Shown one piece after another: positions 1 through 9,856 of a stretch of DNA of 47,539 nucleotides. The first letter of the stretch is position 1. Every line of letters starts with the position of its first letter. Made by a program: the position numbers and the translations under genes. Where the stretch lies: assembly GCA_041640035.1 (NCBI GenBank), contig JBEQBC010000005.1, forward strand, positions 1 to 47,539. Reading direction: 5' to 3'. The notes under the pieces were generated by a model that worked only from the letters and a program-made list of their open reading frames with translations, was not told the origin of the DNA and did not search any database. The DNA is from Candidatus Nanohaloarchaea archaeon. Its GTDB lineage: Archaea; Nanohalarchaeota; Nanosalinia; Nanosalinales; Nanosalinaceae.

Positions 1-67
1 CCATCAAGCCTCCTCCCACCAAGGCAAATATACCGGCTATGAATACCAGCAGGTCCCGAATTTTCAT
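1..67 (-). CDS. 5' end of a secreted or membrane protein running off the window (MKIRDLLVFIAGIFALVGGGLM...)
   Basis: Manual translation from ATG at 67 on the minus strand gives a basic N-terminus plus a hydrophobic stretch; divergent from sufC. Confidence 0.5.
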   Translation of the reverse strand, partial: MKIRDLLVFIAGIFALVGGGLM

Positions 68-122
68 ACTGGAACATTTGTTTCTGGACATTATTAAGAA
101 TCTTGTCGACTACCTTACTAGT

Positions 123-878
123 ATGAGTCTCAAAGTTGAAAAATTGGAAGCAAGTGTTGAAGAAGAAAAAATTGTCAAAGGCGTATCCCTGGAAATCAAG
201 CCAGGAGAGATACACGCAGTTATGGGCCCTAATGGATCAGGTAAAAGTACTCTGTGCAAAACCCTGATGGGCAACCCTGTATACACACTTGAAAACGGAA
301 AAATACTGATCGACGGCGAAGATGTAACCGGAGAAGAAACAGATGAAAGAGCACGAGAAGGATTATTCCTAGGATTCCAGTACCCATCAGAAATCTCAGG
401 AATAACAGTCTCAGAATTCCTGAAAGAAGCACTGGACTCACGAAGAGAGGAAAAAGGAGAAGAACCTATGCCTCAAAGCGAGTTCAACGAACTGCTGAGA
501 GAAAAACTAGATCTACTTGAAATGGAAGAGGACTACGCACGAAGATACCTGAACGAAGGATTCTCCGGCGGAGAGAAAAAGAGAAACGAAATCCTTCAGA
601 TGGCAGTACTGAACCCTAAATACGCGATGCTAGACGAAATCGACTCAGGACTAGACATCGACGCACTCCAAGTCGTAGCCAAAGGAATAAGAGAACTCGC
701 AGACGAAGACCGCGGAATCCTGATGATCACACATTACCAGAGAATCCTGGACTATGTAGAACCAGACCATGTACATGTAATGGTAGATGGAGAAATAGTA
801 GAAAGCGGAGGCCCAGAACTAGCTGAAAAACTGGAAGACGAAGGATACGAATGGGCTAAAGAGATCTCAGAAGCCTAG
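123..878 (+). CDS. sufC: Fe-S cluster assembly ABC ATPase SufC
   Basis: Walker A GPNGSGKST, FQYPSEI, LNEGFSGGEKKRNEILQ, DEIDSGLDIDAL; start placed at MSLKVE (ATG 123) with TTATTAAG about 30 nt upstream. Confidence 0.95.
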   Translation: MSLKVEKLEASVEEEKIVKGVSLEIKPGEIHAVMGPNGSGKSTLCKTLMGNPVYTLENGKILIDGEDVTGEETDERAREGLFLGFQYPSEISGITVSEFLKEALDSRREEKGEEPMPQSEFNELLREKLDLLEMEEDYARRYLNEGFSGGEKKRNEILQMAVLNPKYAMLDEIDSGLDIDALQVVAKGIRELADEDRGILMITHYQRILDYVEPDHVHVMVDGEIVESGGPELAEKLEDEGYEWAKEISEA

Positions 879-891
879 AAAATTATTTTTT

Positions 892-1542
892 CTATTTCCA
901 CTTCATCTTCAGGAAGAGATGATCGGTCTCGTACGGCTCCAGAGTAGTCTCTTCCACGATTTCAAGTTTCTCAGTTAACTTATCCTTAACCTCGCTGTAG
1001 ATATCCTCCGGATCACGGGAATCAGAGATAGACTTAGCCTTGACAGCAATCAAAGCAACGCCGTCGTCCTTCATGTATTTCTCAACATTCTTGAGAAAGA
1101 TCTCCGGCTGATCACGCTGCGAGATATCCTGAAAAACCAGATCAGCTTCACTAATCAGATGGTCATAGCCTTCAGGCTTCCTGGCATCACCTAGTACCGG
1201 TGCAATATTGTCCCGTTCCTCAGCCAATTGTACAAGCTTCCTGGCAACTGTATCAGAGTATTCAACACCTACAACTAGTCCATCAGTAAGTATATCAGAG
1301 AAATGTGAAACTGTGGTACCTGATGCTGCTCCGAGGTAGAGAACTATATCATCTTGTTCAAGACCTAGTTCTACTCCTTTCTGTACTGCTGCTCCTGCCT
1401 TGGATCGGTCTGCTTTCCATCTACGGTATTCCTGATCGTCAACTTCTATCAGTGGTTCTCCGTAGACATCTTTGCCTTCATTCTGGTTTAAAGTATATAT
1501 TCTGTCATCCTGACTGTATATTCCTGGCTGTATTTCCTTCAC
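892..1542 (-). CDS. flpA: Fibrillarin-like rRNA/tRNA 2'-O-methyltransferase
   Basis: VYGE, YRRW..RSK, VLYLGAASGTTVSH, DARKP, QDISQRDQ motifs; overlaps the nop5 stop. Confidence 0.95.
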   Translation of the reverse strand: MKEIQPGIYSQDDRIYTLNQNEGKDVYGEPLIEVDDQEYRRWKADRSKAGAAVQKGVELGLEQDDIVLYLGAASGTTVSHFSDILTDGLVVGVEYSDTVARKLVQLAEERDNIAPVLGDARKPEGYDHLISEADLVFQDISQRDQPEIFLKNVEKYMKDDGVALIAVKAKSISDSRDPEDIYSEVKDKLTEKLEIVEETTLEPYETDHLFLKMKWK

Positions 1543-2291
1543 TGGTTATCATCCTCTAGTTCGTGGTATTTATCGGTTACTTCCTCTCTTATCTGATCTC
1601 CCTTGAAGTCGCCGTCGTAGAAGTCAAGTCTGGCTGCTATAGAAATCTTGTTAGCCATGAAACGAGACATTTTACCTCTCTTATCTTCGGGCAGATTGTT
1701 CACGAAACGGTGTTCGTATATCACGCCGTGTTTTGGAGGCGTTCCCTCTCCTTTGAGGTATCGGAAAAGTGCTTTTTCTGCTCCGTACATCTGAACTGTG
1801 GAAGCTGGTTTCTTCGCCAGTGTTTCAAGGCTTCCTGCGTGTGCAAGAAGTTTGGCGACAAGCATCGGTTCCATGAAAGCGGTGAGGTTCGGCATCTCTT
1901 CCTCTACCACATCTTCAATGTACTCTTCCAGTTCCTCACGCATCTCTGCCTTATTTCTGAGGTCTTCTAATCCTATTTCAAGTGCCTCAAAGTCTTCAGA
2001 GGCAAGCATTGCTCCAGTGGATTCTTCTGCCAGGGATTCGAATCCTTTGACTTCGCTGCGTTCAACTCCATCATTTAGTAGTTTGAGAAAATGTTCGTTG
2101 TCCTGTATCTGTTCGACGAACTCTGGGAAATGTATTTCGTACCAGTCTCTGAATACCTGTATCTCTTCATCTAGATCGTTAGAAACTTTTTCCAAATATT
2201 TGACTGTTCTGACTACGACTTTGTCGCGGGGTACATCTTTACGGAGTTCTTCCTTCGCTTCTCTGATCGCTTGGTCTCTTACATCTTTCAA
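1539..2291 (-). CDS. nop5: C/D box RNP protein Nop5/Nop56 (short form)
   Basis: DWYEIHFPE, MPNL, LAKKPASTVQMYGAEKALFR, PPKHGVIY, RGKMSR...AARLD. Confidence 0.92.
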   Translation of the reverse strand: MKDVRDQAIREAKEELRKDVPRDKVVVRTVKYLEKVSNDLDEEIQVFRDWYEIHFPEFVEQIQDNEHFLKLLNDGVERSEVKGFESLAEESTGAMLASEDFEALEIGLEDLRNKAEMREELEEYIEDVVEEEMPNLTAFMEPMLVAKLLAHAGSLETLAKKPASTVQMYGAEKALFRYLKGEGTPPKHGVIYEHRFVNNLPEDKRGKMSRFMANKISIAARLDFYDGDFKGDQIREEVTDKYHELEDDNQ

Positions 2292-2300
2292 GGAAGAATT

Positions 2301-2729
2301 TTACACCTCTTTCAGTCCCATGATCTCAAGTTTAAGTTCAACTACCTCTTCATCTCTGTCCAGTCGTTCAGCCATTTCTTCGATGCTTAACGCCTGGTAA
2401 TGATCCATCAGAAATCTTTTTTCGGTGTCACGGAAGTCGCTTAACTGTTCCATTTTTTCATGCAGTTCTGAGTCCTCTCTGAGGAAGTCTTCCAGCTCTT
2501 TGTTTCCTAGGCTGGTTCTATTATTTAGTAAGAAATCTAGCTCTACAGGATCCCAGTTACGCGGGATCTTACTGCTTTTATCGCTATCTTCTCGGGCTTC
2601 TTCAATTATACTTTTTTTCGGGTTGCCCGCAGTATCGTTTGAGAAATCAGTGATCTCCTCAACCATCTCTTCAACAGACTGATCCGCATCCAGTTCTGCA
2701 TCCATTTCATCTTCCGGACTGTTCATCAT
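2301..2729 (-). CDS. Hypothetical acidic protein with two Myb/HTH-like repeats
   Basis: Repeats W-D-x-x-E-x-x-F-L and F-x-x-x-E-x-x-F-L...EEMAERLDR..V..KL..MGL; start at MMNSPED. Confidence 0.6.
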   Translation of the reverse strand: MMNSPEDEMDAELDADQSVEEMVEEITDFSNDTAGNPKKSIIEEAREDSDKSSKIPRNWDPVELDFLLNNRTSLGNKELEDFLREDSELHEKMEQLSDFRDTEKRFLMDHYQALSIEEMAERLDRDEEVVELKLEIMGLKEV

Positions 2730-2825
2730 GAAACAAGTTATGTCAGTAAACCTTGAAAACAGTAACCGAATTCCAGATAGAGTTGGAAGTACTATTATTA
2801 AGCAGCAGTCACCGAATTTTGCTGT

Positions 2826-5507
2826 ATGGCGTGGCACAGTAAATCACTGGAAGAAGTATTCTCAGAACTTGGCACAGATGAAGACGGGATTAGCCACGAA
2901 GAAGCTGAAAGAAGGCTGGAGAAAGAAGGAGAGAACAGAATAGAACGGGGAGATACAGCTTCACCAGTAGAGATACTGATAAACCAGTTCCAAGACAACC
3001 TGATCTACCTGCTTATCTTCGCCGCGATCGTATCCGGCATCGTAGGAGTAATGGACCCTGAACACGGGTTCACAGAACCTATAATCATATTTCTTATACT
3101 TACACTGAACGGGTTATTCGGCTTCATACAAGATTACAGAGCCGAGAAATCCATCGAAGCACTGAAGAAACTATCAACACCGAACGCAACAGTTATACGA
3201 GACGGTAAGAAGACAGAGATCGATTCTACAGAAGTTGTACCAGGCGACATAATACAGCTGGAACAGGGAGACGCAGTACCAGCAGACGCACGGATAATAG
3301 AACAGGACTCACTTTCTACAGACGAATCAGCTCTTACAGGAGAAAGCAACAATGTATCCAAAGAAGCAACTACTATCGCAGAAGACGAATCCATAGCTGA
3401 ACAGGAAAACATGGTCTTCATGAACACACATGTAGTGAAAGGCCGTGGAAAAGCAGTAGTAGTCGAGACCGGGATGGAGACACAGGTAGGAGACATCGCC
3501 GAAGAACTGGAAGATGCAGAAAAAGGCCAGACACCTTTCCAGGAAGAAGTCGACGAAATGGGCCGGAAAATGGGTTACCTGATCTCAGCATTCATCGGAG
3601 TACTCGCAATCCTAATGTACTTCGTAACAGGCTCCGGACCGATCACAATATTCCTCATGGCAGTCAGCCTGATGGTAGCAGCAATACCAGAATCACTACC
3701 AGCCATCGTCACACTCTCACTCGCGTTAGGTTCCCGTAGAATGCTTGAAAAGAACGCACTGGTCAGAAGACTGCCGGTAGTCGAAGCACTTGGCTCAGTT
3801 AACGCGATCGTAACTGACAAGACCGGAACCCTGACAGAAGGAGTTATGACAGTCAAGAAACTGCATTACCAGGGAGAAGAGTTCGAAGTAACAGGCACAG
3901 GAACAAGCACAGAAGGAAGCTTCCAGAAGGACGAACACGAAACAGATCCGGAGTACCTTGAACCACTGCTTGAATGCGGATTCTACTGCAACAACGCAGA
4001 GGAAGCAAGTGAGGAAGAAGACAAGGACTTCTTCGGAGAACCTACAGAAATCGCACTGAAAGTATCAGGCATCAAAGCAGGCCTGGAAGATGACAAGGAA
4101 AGAGTTAGAAGCGTACCGTTCTCCTCAGACCGGAAACGCATGACAGTAGTGATGGAGGATAACACCGCGTACATGAAAGGCGCACCGGAAACAGTTCTAG
4201 ACAGATGTGGCTACATTCTCGAAGAAGGTGAAAAGAAAGAGCTTACAGAGGAGAGAAAACAGGAGATACTAGACAAGAATCAGGAGATGGCGGAAGACGC
4301 GTTAAGAGTACTTGGATTCGCCGAGAAAAATGTTGAAGACCCGGAGGCTGACAGCGAGGAAATCGAAAACAATATGACCTTCCTCGGGCTTCAGGGAATG
4401 ATCGATCCACCAAGACAGGAGGTCAAGGAAGCAGTTAAGGACTGCAGAAACGCAGGGATCAACCTGGTGATGGCTACAGGAGACAATATCGCCACAGCCA
4501 AAGCCATCGGAGAAGAACTCGGTTTCAAGACAGAAAACGCATGTACAGGCGACGAAATCGAGGAGATGAGCGACTACGAACTTGAAGAACAGGTGAAAAA
4601 GACAGAGATATTTGCGCGTGTATCACCACACCACAAGGTAAGAATACTTGAAGCACTTCAGGCACAGGACCTCGATGTCGCGATGACAGGAGACGGAGTA
4701 AACGACGCACCCGCACTCAAGAACTCTGATGTAGGAGTAGCGATGGGTCAGAGAGGAACAGATGTAGCAAAGAAGAGCAGCGACATGATCCTGCAAGACG
4801 ACAACTTCGCAACTATCCGAGACGCAATCTCAGAAGGACGAGCGATATACGATAACATCAGGAAGGTAGTGAACTACCTGATGTCCACCAACTCAGCAGA
4901 AGTGATGCTGGTATTCCTCGGAACAATAATAGGAGGACTATTCTTCCCAGAAGCATTCTCAGGAAGCAACTCAGTAGTCCTCACAGCCATAATGATACTC
5001 TGGGTCAACTTCGCAACAGATGTACCACCAAGCCTAGCCATGTCCATGGATAAGAAGATGGATGGAATCATGGACCGGTCGCCGAGAGGTCCAGACGACA
5101 ACATACTGGACAAGAGAATACTTGCATCCATCGCAGTAACAGGTCCGCTAGCAGCTGTAATACTGCTTCCAGGGTTCTTCTACTTCCTCGAAGGTACAGA
5201 CTTGATCCTTCCACAGACAGTGCTGTTCACATCACTGGCCCTGTTCGAGATAGTCATGATTCAGATAATCAGGTCAGGATACGACCTCAAGTTCTGGGAC
5301 AACAAATACCTGCTATTAGGAGTAATACTGGCCTTCGTAGCACAGCTAGCGGTACTTTACACAGCGCTGGCAGGACCTTTCAAGGTAGTGCCACTTACTG
5401 CGTTCCAGTTTGGAATAAGCGCCGCACTGGTAGCAGTATTCACAGTATTCCAGGTACTGTTCTACAAAGTCCTGGATGTGAAGTACGGGAAGAGAAACAA
5501 CCAATAG
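2826..5507 (+). CDS. Cation-transporting P-type ATPase, type IIA (Ca2+-like)
   Basis: TGES, DKTGTLT, KGAPE, TGDN, TGDGVNDAPALK; TM site residues IPESLP, STNSAE, WVNFATD. Confidence 0.93.
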   Translation: MAWHSKSLEEVFSELGTDEDGISHEEAERRLEKEGENRIERGDTASPVEILINQFQDNLIYLLIFAAIVSGIVGVMDPEHGFTEPIIIFLILTLNGLFGFIQDYRAEKSIEALKKLSTPNATVIRDGKKTEIDSTEVVPGDIIQLEQGDAVPADARIIEQDSLSTDESALTGESNNVSKEATTIAEDESIAEQENMVFMNTHVVKGRGKAVVVETGMETQVGDIAEELEDAEKGQTPFQEEVDEMGRKMGYLISAFIGVLAILMYFVTGSGPITIFLMAVSLMVAAIPESLPAIVTLSLALGSRRMLEKNALVRRLPVVEALGSVNAIVTDKTGTLTEGVMTVKKLHYQGEEFEVTGTGTSTEGSFQKDEHETDPEYLEPLLECGFYCNNAEEASEEEDKDFFGEPTEIALKVSGIKAGLEDDKERVRSVPFSSDRKRMTVVMEDNTAYMKGAPETVLDRCGYILEEGEKKELTEERKQEILDKNQEMAEDALRVLGFAEKNVEDPEADSEEIENNMTFLGLQGMIDPPRQEVKEAVKDCRNAGINLVMATGDNIATAKAIGEELGFKTENACTGDEIEEMSDYELEEQVKKTEIFARVSPHHKVRILEALQAQDLDVAMTGDGVNDAPALKNSDVGVAMGQRGTDVAKKSSDMILQDDNFATIRDAISEGRAIYDNIRKVVNYLMSTNSAEVMLVFLGTIIGGLFFPEAFSGSNSVVLTAIMILWVNFATDVPPSLAMSMDKKMDGIMDRSPRGPDDNILDKRILASIAVTGPLAAVILLPGFFYFLEGTDLILPQTVLFTSLALFEIVMIQIIRSGYDLKFWDNKYLLLGVILAFVAQLAVLYTALAGPFKVVPLTAFQFGISAALVAVFTVFQVLFYKVLDVKYGKRNNQ

Positions 5508-5567
5508 AAAACCGGGTATCCGTTCTACTTAAGAAAATTACCCGTCAAAACAAATCATACACGGGAC

Positions 5568-5639
5568 GCGGCGTTGGTCCAGTGGCTAAGACCCCGGCCT
5601 TCCAAGCCGGTGACCCGGGTTCAAATCCCGGACGCCGCA
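5568..5639 (+). tRNA. tRNA-Gly (anticodon TCC), no intron, CCA not encoded
   Basis: Acceptor stem GCGGCGT/ACGCCGC, anticodon arm CCGGC-CTTCCAA-GCCGG, T arm CCGGG-TTCAAAT-CCCGG. Confidence 0.96.
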
Positions 5640-5646
5640 CTCAACT
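5629..5646 (+). repeat. attL-like copy of direct repeat CGGACGCCGCACT(C)AACT, the tRNA-Gly 3' end
   Basis: 13/13 exact and 17/18 overall match to 17409-17426. Confidence 0.8.
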
Positions 5647-5725
5647 ACTTCTTGAACACAATTTTTCTGGTCGATAACCCGGAATTCGGAAATTGTTATT
5701 AGTGATTGCATTTTCAAACCAATGT

Positions 5726-7090
5726 ATGGTCTTTTCCTATGTGGTTGTTTCTGTATTTTTACTGACTATTCTCTCGATTTTCGTTAACAGAGGAGTTTTA
5801 CAGAACAGGTTTCTAGATGTTCTTGATATTCCATACTATATTTCTCCTTTGTTAGGGGCTTCAGTTATCTACCTGACAGGAGGTTTGCCTATTGATCAGG
5901 TTTATCAAGCGATAACAGGGGTTTCCTCATCTGCTGGTCTATCTTTCCTGGCTACTTCCGGACCTTATTCAACTATCTTATTGTTTCTGTCAATTGCTTT
6001 TATCTCACTTACACTTGAGGTCAGCGGTTTTTTCAGATATTTAGCAGTGAAAATTCTTGATGCTGTGGAAGGCTCCGGTATTAAGCTCTTTGTAGCTGTT
6101 TTCTGGGTCACAGCTTTCTTTGCCTTATTCACATCTAATGATATAATTATACTAACTTTCACTCCGTTCCTAATCGAATTCTTAGACCTCGCTGACATTA
6201 ATGCCGTTCCGTTCCTGATTACTGAGTTCTTCGCTGCTAATATCTTCAGTATGGTGATGCTAATTGGTAACGAGACAAATATTATAGCCGCTACAGCCCA
6301 CGGTATAGGTTTTCTTCAGCACATTCAGTACATGGTGCTTCCTGGCTTTCTGGGCGGTCTTGCTTCTTTTGTAGCTCTTTATCTGATTTTCAGAGAAGAA
6401 ATCGATATGCAATATGAAACGAACGATTTACCTGATATAGATCTGAATAGATGGGAAGTATTGAGTTCGGGCCTGCTAGTTGCTACTTTGATTTCTCTTG
6501 GCGTGTTATCTATGCAGGGATTTGTTTTATGGCATATAGGAGTCGTTTGGGCGGCTATAACGATAGCAGTATTTATATTACCTGATTTGGTTGAAGAGAA
6601 TTCTTTCAAGAAATCTTACTTACATCAGATTATGGGTAAGATGCCATGGGAGGTTATCCCATTCCTAGCTGGTTTCTTCATAATGATTCAAGCGTTCTCT
6701 GTCGCAGGGATTACTTCTGAAATAACTAGTTTGTTATATTCTCTCACAGACGGAGGCCTATTTTCTACAGTATTCGGAGTTGGGGTTCTCTCCACTCTCT
6801 CAGCTAATCTGCTAAATAACATACCGATGACAGTTCTCTTCTCTGATGTGGTTTCAGGATACGGAGGAGGAACAACTCAACTCGCCGCTATATTCTCGCT
6901 GATTTTGGGCAGTAATATTGGTGCAAATATAACGCCAATAGGTGCTCTAGCAGGAATAATGTGGATGAAAATGGTTAATCATAGAGAAAGGAGAATTAGC
7001 TTTAGAGAATTCTTCTCTCATGGCTGGAAGGTTACCTCGGTCACTGCATTAGTTTCTTTGACCGCTCTTTATCTGGTTATTGCTCTGTAA
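5726..7090 (+). CDS. ArsB/NhaD-family (IT superfamily) anion transporter
   Basis: Multi-TM; SGFF, FTSNDIIILTFTP, LIGNETNII, NLLNNIPMT, GSNIGANITPIGALAGIMW. Confidence 0.82.
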   Translation: MVFSYVVVSVFLLTILSIFVNRGVLQNRFLDVLDIPYYISPLLGASVIYLTGGLPIDQVYQAITGVSSSAGLSFLATSGPYSTILLFLSIAFISLTLEVSGFFRYLAVKILDAVEGSGIKLFVAVFWVTAFFALFTSNDIIILTFTPFLIEFLDLADINAVPFLITEFFAANIFSMVMLIGNETNIIAATAHGIGFLQHIQYMVLPGFLGGLASFVALYLIFREEIDMQYETNDLPDIDLNRWEVLSSGLLVATLISLGVLSMQGFVLWHIGVVWAAITIAVFILPDLVEENSFKKSYLHQIMGKMPWEVIPFLAGFFIMIQAFSVAGITSEITSLLYSLTDGGLFSTVFGVGVLSTLSANLLNNIPMTVLFSDVVSGYGGGTTQLAAIFSLILGSNIGANITPIGALAGIMWMKMVNHRERRISFREFFSHGWKVTSVTALVSLTALYLVIAL

Positions 7091-7124
7091 TTATTATCTT
7101 TGATACTGGATTAGGTTTGGCTGT

Positions 7125-8021
7125 TTATTCAAGTCTGTAAGTTTGGGCAAATTCAACAGACCTGTTTGTTAGGCTATTTAGAATTCCTAGAGGTAAAAGA
7201 AATATGCCGAGAATTAAAGGATTTATTTGAACACCTATATTTCTCTTCAAAGCTTGTGAAATTGATGCTGCAGCAGCATTAGATCTTGAGTCATAGCTTT
7301 CACTTTCTAATTTAAATCCTAACTCTTCTGTCATTCTTTGAAGACCTTTAGGACTGTAGTAGTAATGGTGTCGAGGGAGGTCATAAACTTCCTCTCTTGG
7401 TTTTAGGATAAATCTTTCCAGGGATTCGACATTTACTGTTCTTATCACGAGTTTTCCGTCCTTGGAAAGTATTCTACTTATTTCTTTAAAGTTTTCAACA
7501 GGATTAGGTATGTGCTGAAAACTATGTTCGATAATTACTGCATCGAACTCGTTTTCATCTAGATGAGTGCTTTTCTCTGGTAGTGTGCCTTCATAAATAA
7601 CCGAGTCGGTGTTTTTACGGGCTATTTCGGCACCATCAGAGTTTGGTTCTATACCTACAGTTTCAAAGCCATTTTTCTGTAAATTTTTCATTCTCTCACC
7701 TGTGCCGCAGCCAACATCAAGTATTTTTCCTTCAACATCTGTAAGACCTAAACTGGGTGAGAAATTATCCTCATACCAATGAAACATTTTCGTGAAAAAA
7801 CTGTTAACTCCGGAATCTTGTCGAGCGAACCTTGAAAAGGAAGAGTAATATTCTCCGGGATAAAAATCTTCCATTTTTTCTGGTTCAGGATTTCGTATAC
7901 CTATTCCGCACTTACTGCAATAGAATATTGAAAACTCTGTCCGCGGTGTAGATTTGTACACTGAGTCAGTGTTCCTATGTATTAAATCCATCTCTCTGCC
8001 GCAAAATTCACAGGAGGACAT
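7125..8021 (-). CDS. Class I SAM-dependent methyltransferase with N-terminal Zn ribbon
   Basis: CxxC (CEFC) and CSKC; ILDVGCGTG; HSFQHIPNP; DLPRH, typical of surface-glycan cluster methyltransferases. Confidence 0.85.
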   Translation of the reverse strand: MSSCEFCGREMDLIHRNTDSVYKSTPRTEFSIFYCSKCGIGIRNPEPEKMEDFYPGEYYSSFSRFARQDSGVNSFFTKMFHWYEDNFSPSLGLTDVEGKILDVGCGTGERMKNLQKNGFETVGIEPNSDGAEIARKNTDSVIYEGTLPEKSTHLDENEFDAVIIEHSFQHIPNPVENFKEISRILSKDGKLVIRTVNVESLERFILKPREEVYDLPRHHYYYSPKGLQRMTEELGFKLESESYDSRSNAAAASISQALKRNIGVQINPLILGIFLLPLGILNSLTNRSVEFAQTYRLE

Positions 8022-8060
8022 GAATAGGCATGTGATCTATCAGTTAAATAAATTTCTCGT

Positions 8061-9812
8061 CTACAGAAATTCCTCTAGCTCTGGCGGTTCGTTGCTGTAT
8101 TTCCTATCGACATATATTTTCAGGAATATCTCAAGATTTGCCAGTTGCCAGATTTTTCTGTTGGTCTTATAGCCTTCTTGGGCTATCTCTTCGGCGCTCG
8201 ATGTGAGTATGTCTCTATCCCTGAGGTCGTTTATCAGAGGGTAGAGAACTTCTTTATTTTCTTCAGCTATGCTTCCTGCCTGTTCAGCCCATGAGTCTCT
8301 TCCCCTGTTGACGATTTCATCCGGTAATCGATCCTTCATGAGTTTTCTGATCAAGTATCGGGGTTTCCTGTCTCTTGTATGGAGTTTTGGAGTAATACTG
8401 TATCCGGTGCTGATGACTCTTTCATCTAGGAAAGGACTAGTGAGATTTATCCGCGGGACAGGGAATCTGTCGCTGAGAAATCCGTTGACAAGAGTGGTCC
8501 AAGCTAGGCCTGGAGCTCCCTCCGTTTCTGGAGTTCTGATCCTCTCAGTTTTTTCTTCCATTATATCCTTGCTAAAATGTTTTTCGGTCTCTGTAAGGTT
8601 ATCTCTTATCGTTACAAATTCTTCAGCCATGTTATCAGCTGCTGTCAGGTTTATCATCCTTCTTAATCTTGATTTATTCTTAAGATTTCCTGCAAGTGAT
8701 TTTGCTGCACTTGCTGCTTTCTTGCTTCCCGGAATGGATTTAACTAGCCGGACAGCAGGATATTCTAACCTTCCCTGAGTTATCTCTTCAGAACCCTGGC
8801 CCCAGATAAAGTTCTGTCCTTCTTCCATCTCTCTCATATGGTAGAGAGGAGAAACTCCAGGGTCTTTGGAGGGGTATTCTTGGTGCCAGAGTACTTTAGG
8901 CACTGATTGAAGCATTTTTTTATCGCTTATCTGTTTTTCGCTGTGGTCTGTTCCGAAAAAGTCTGATACTATTTGTGCATGTTCGAGATCGTCTTCTAGG
9001 CTTACAGTGTATGTATTTATCTTCTCCTCAGTTATCTGATTCAGGTAGTATGCTAGCATTGAGGAGTCTATTCCACCGGATAGCATCAAGTGTGTTTCTT
9101 CACCTTCTTCAACTCTGTCCTGCAGAGCGGAGATTATCGAATTCTCTAACATTTCACAGGCTTCGTCTAAGTTGGTGATGTTTGGCTCTGATGGAGGTTC
9201 GAACAGCTGGGTCTTGTTCTGAAGCGTTCCTTCTCTAAACTCTGCAGCAGTACTTTCTTCCAAACGCTTTACTTGTTCGAAAGGTGTGTGAGGAGATGGT
9301 ATGTGACCGAACTTCACGAAGTTGCTGACTGACCTTCTATCTATCTCACGCTCCACTTCTTCAAGCTCTAGGAGAGACTTGGTGTCTGAGGCGAATGCCA
9401 GCTTTTCTTTTTGGGAGCTGTAAAAAATGTTTTTGTGGTTTGCGAGCGAGTTGGAAAATATCAGCTTCTCTTCTTCCGGCTTCCAGATGACAACTGCGTA
9501 GTCGCCCTCTATTTCTTGGAAAAGGTTTTCTCCTTTTTTGTCGTATGATCGGGCGATAAATTCTTCTGCAGAGCAATCTTCACCAAGAATCTCTTTTGAA
9601 AGTTTTTCTCTGTTGTAGATGTTTCCGTGGATGGCAACTATGGTATCTCCGAGAATATTTTCTTCTCCGCCGCCTTCAATACCTATTAGTAGTCCTCCGC
9701 TTGAAAATATTCTGAAATCATTTTGAGAAGCTATAAGTGGCGAAATCATCTTGCTAATATCGTTCTCTGAGAAAGTCTTCTTCTCCGAGTAAACTCCACA
9801 TATCTTGGCCAT
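8061..9812 (-). CDS. Asparagine synthase (AsnB)-like ATP-dependent amidotransferase/amide ligase
   Basis: HGNIYN, IEGDYA, AFASD in the N-domain; PP-loop MLSGGIDSS; GQGSEE; SPFLD; RYLIR..M...LP.EI. Confidence 0.85.
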   Translation of the reverse strand: MAKICGVYSEKKTFSENDISKMISPLIASQNDFRIFSSGGLLIGIEGGGEENILGDTIVAIHGNIYNREKLSKEILGEDCSAEEFIARSYDKKGENLFQEIEGDYAVVIWKPEEEKLIFSNSLANHKNIFYSSQKEKLAFASDTKSLLELEEVEREIDRRSVSNFVKFGHIPSPHTPFEQVKRLEESTAAEFREGTLQNKTQLFEPPSEPNITNLDEACEMLENSIISALQDRVEEGEETHLMLSGGIDSSMLAYYLNQITEEKINTYTVSLEDDLEHAQIVSDFFGTDHSEKQISDKKMLQSVPKVLWHQEYPSKDPGVSPLYHMREMEEGQNFIWGQGSEEITQGRLEYPAVRLVKSIPGSKKAASAAKSLAGNLKNKSRLRRMINLTAADNMAEEFVTIRDNLTETEKHFSKDIMEEKTERIRTPETEGAPGLAWTTLVNGFLSDRFPVPRINLTSPFLDERVISTGYSITPKLHTRDRKPRYLIRKLMKDRLPDEIVNRGRDSWAEQAGSIAEENKEVLYPLINDLRDRDILTSSAEEIAQEGYKTNRKIWQLANLEIFLKIYVDRKYSNEPPELEEFL

Positions 9813-9856
9813 CAACTTTACATTGTTTAAATAGAATTGAAATAGTAACTGGTTTT

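Noticed and set aside
39-122. Upstream N-terminal extensions in the ORF track (sufC from 39, also flippase from 15641 and DUF2178 from 18154)
   Set aside because: They overlap promoters or neighbouring genes; downstream ATGs fit family lengths and TATA/SD spacing
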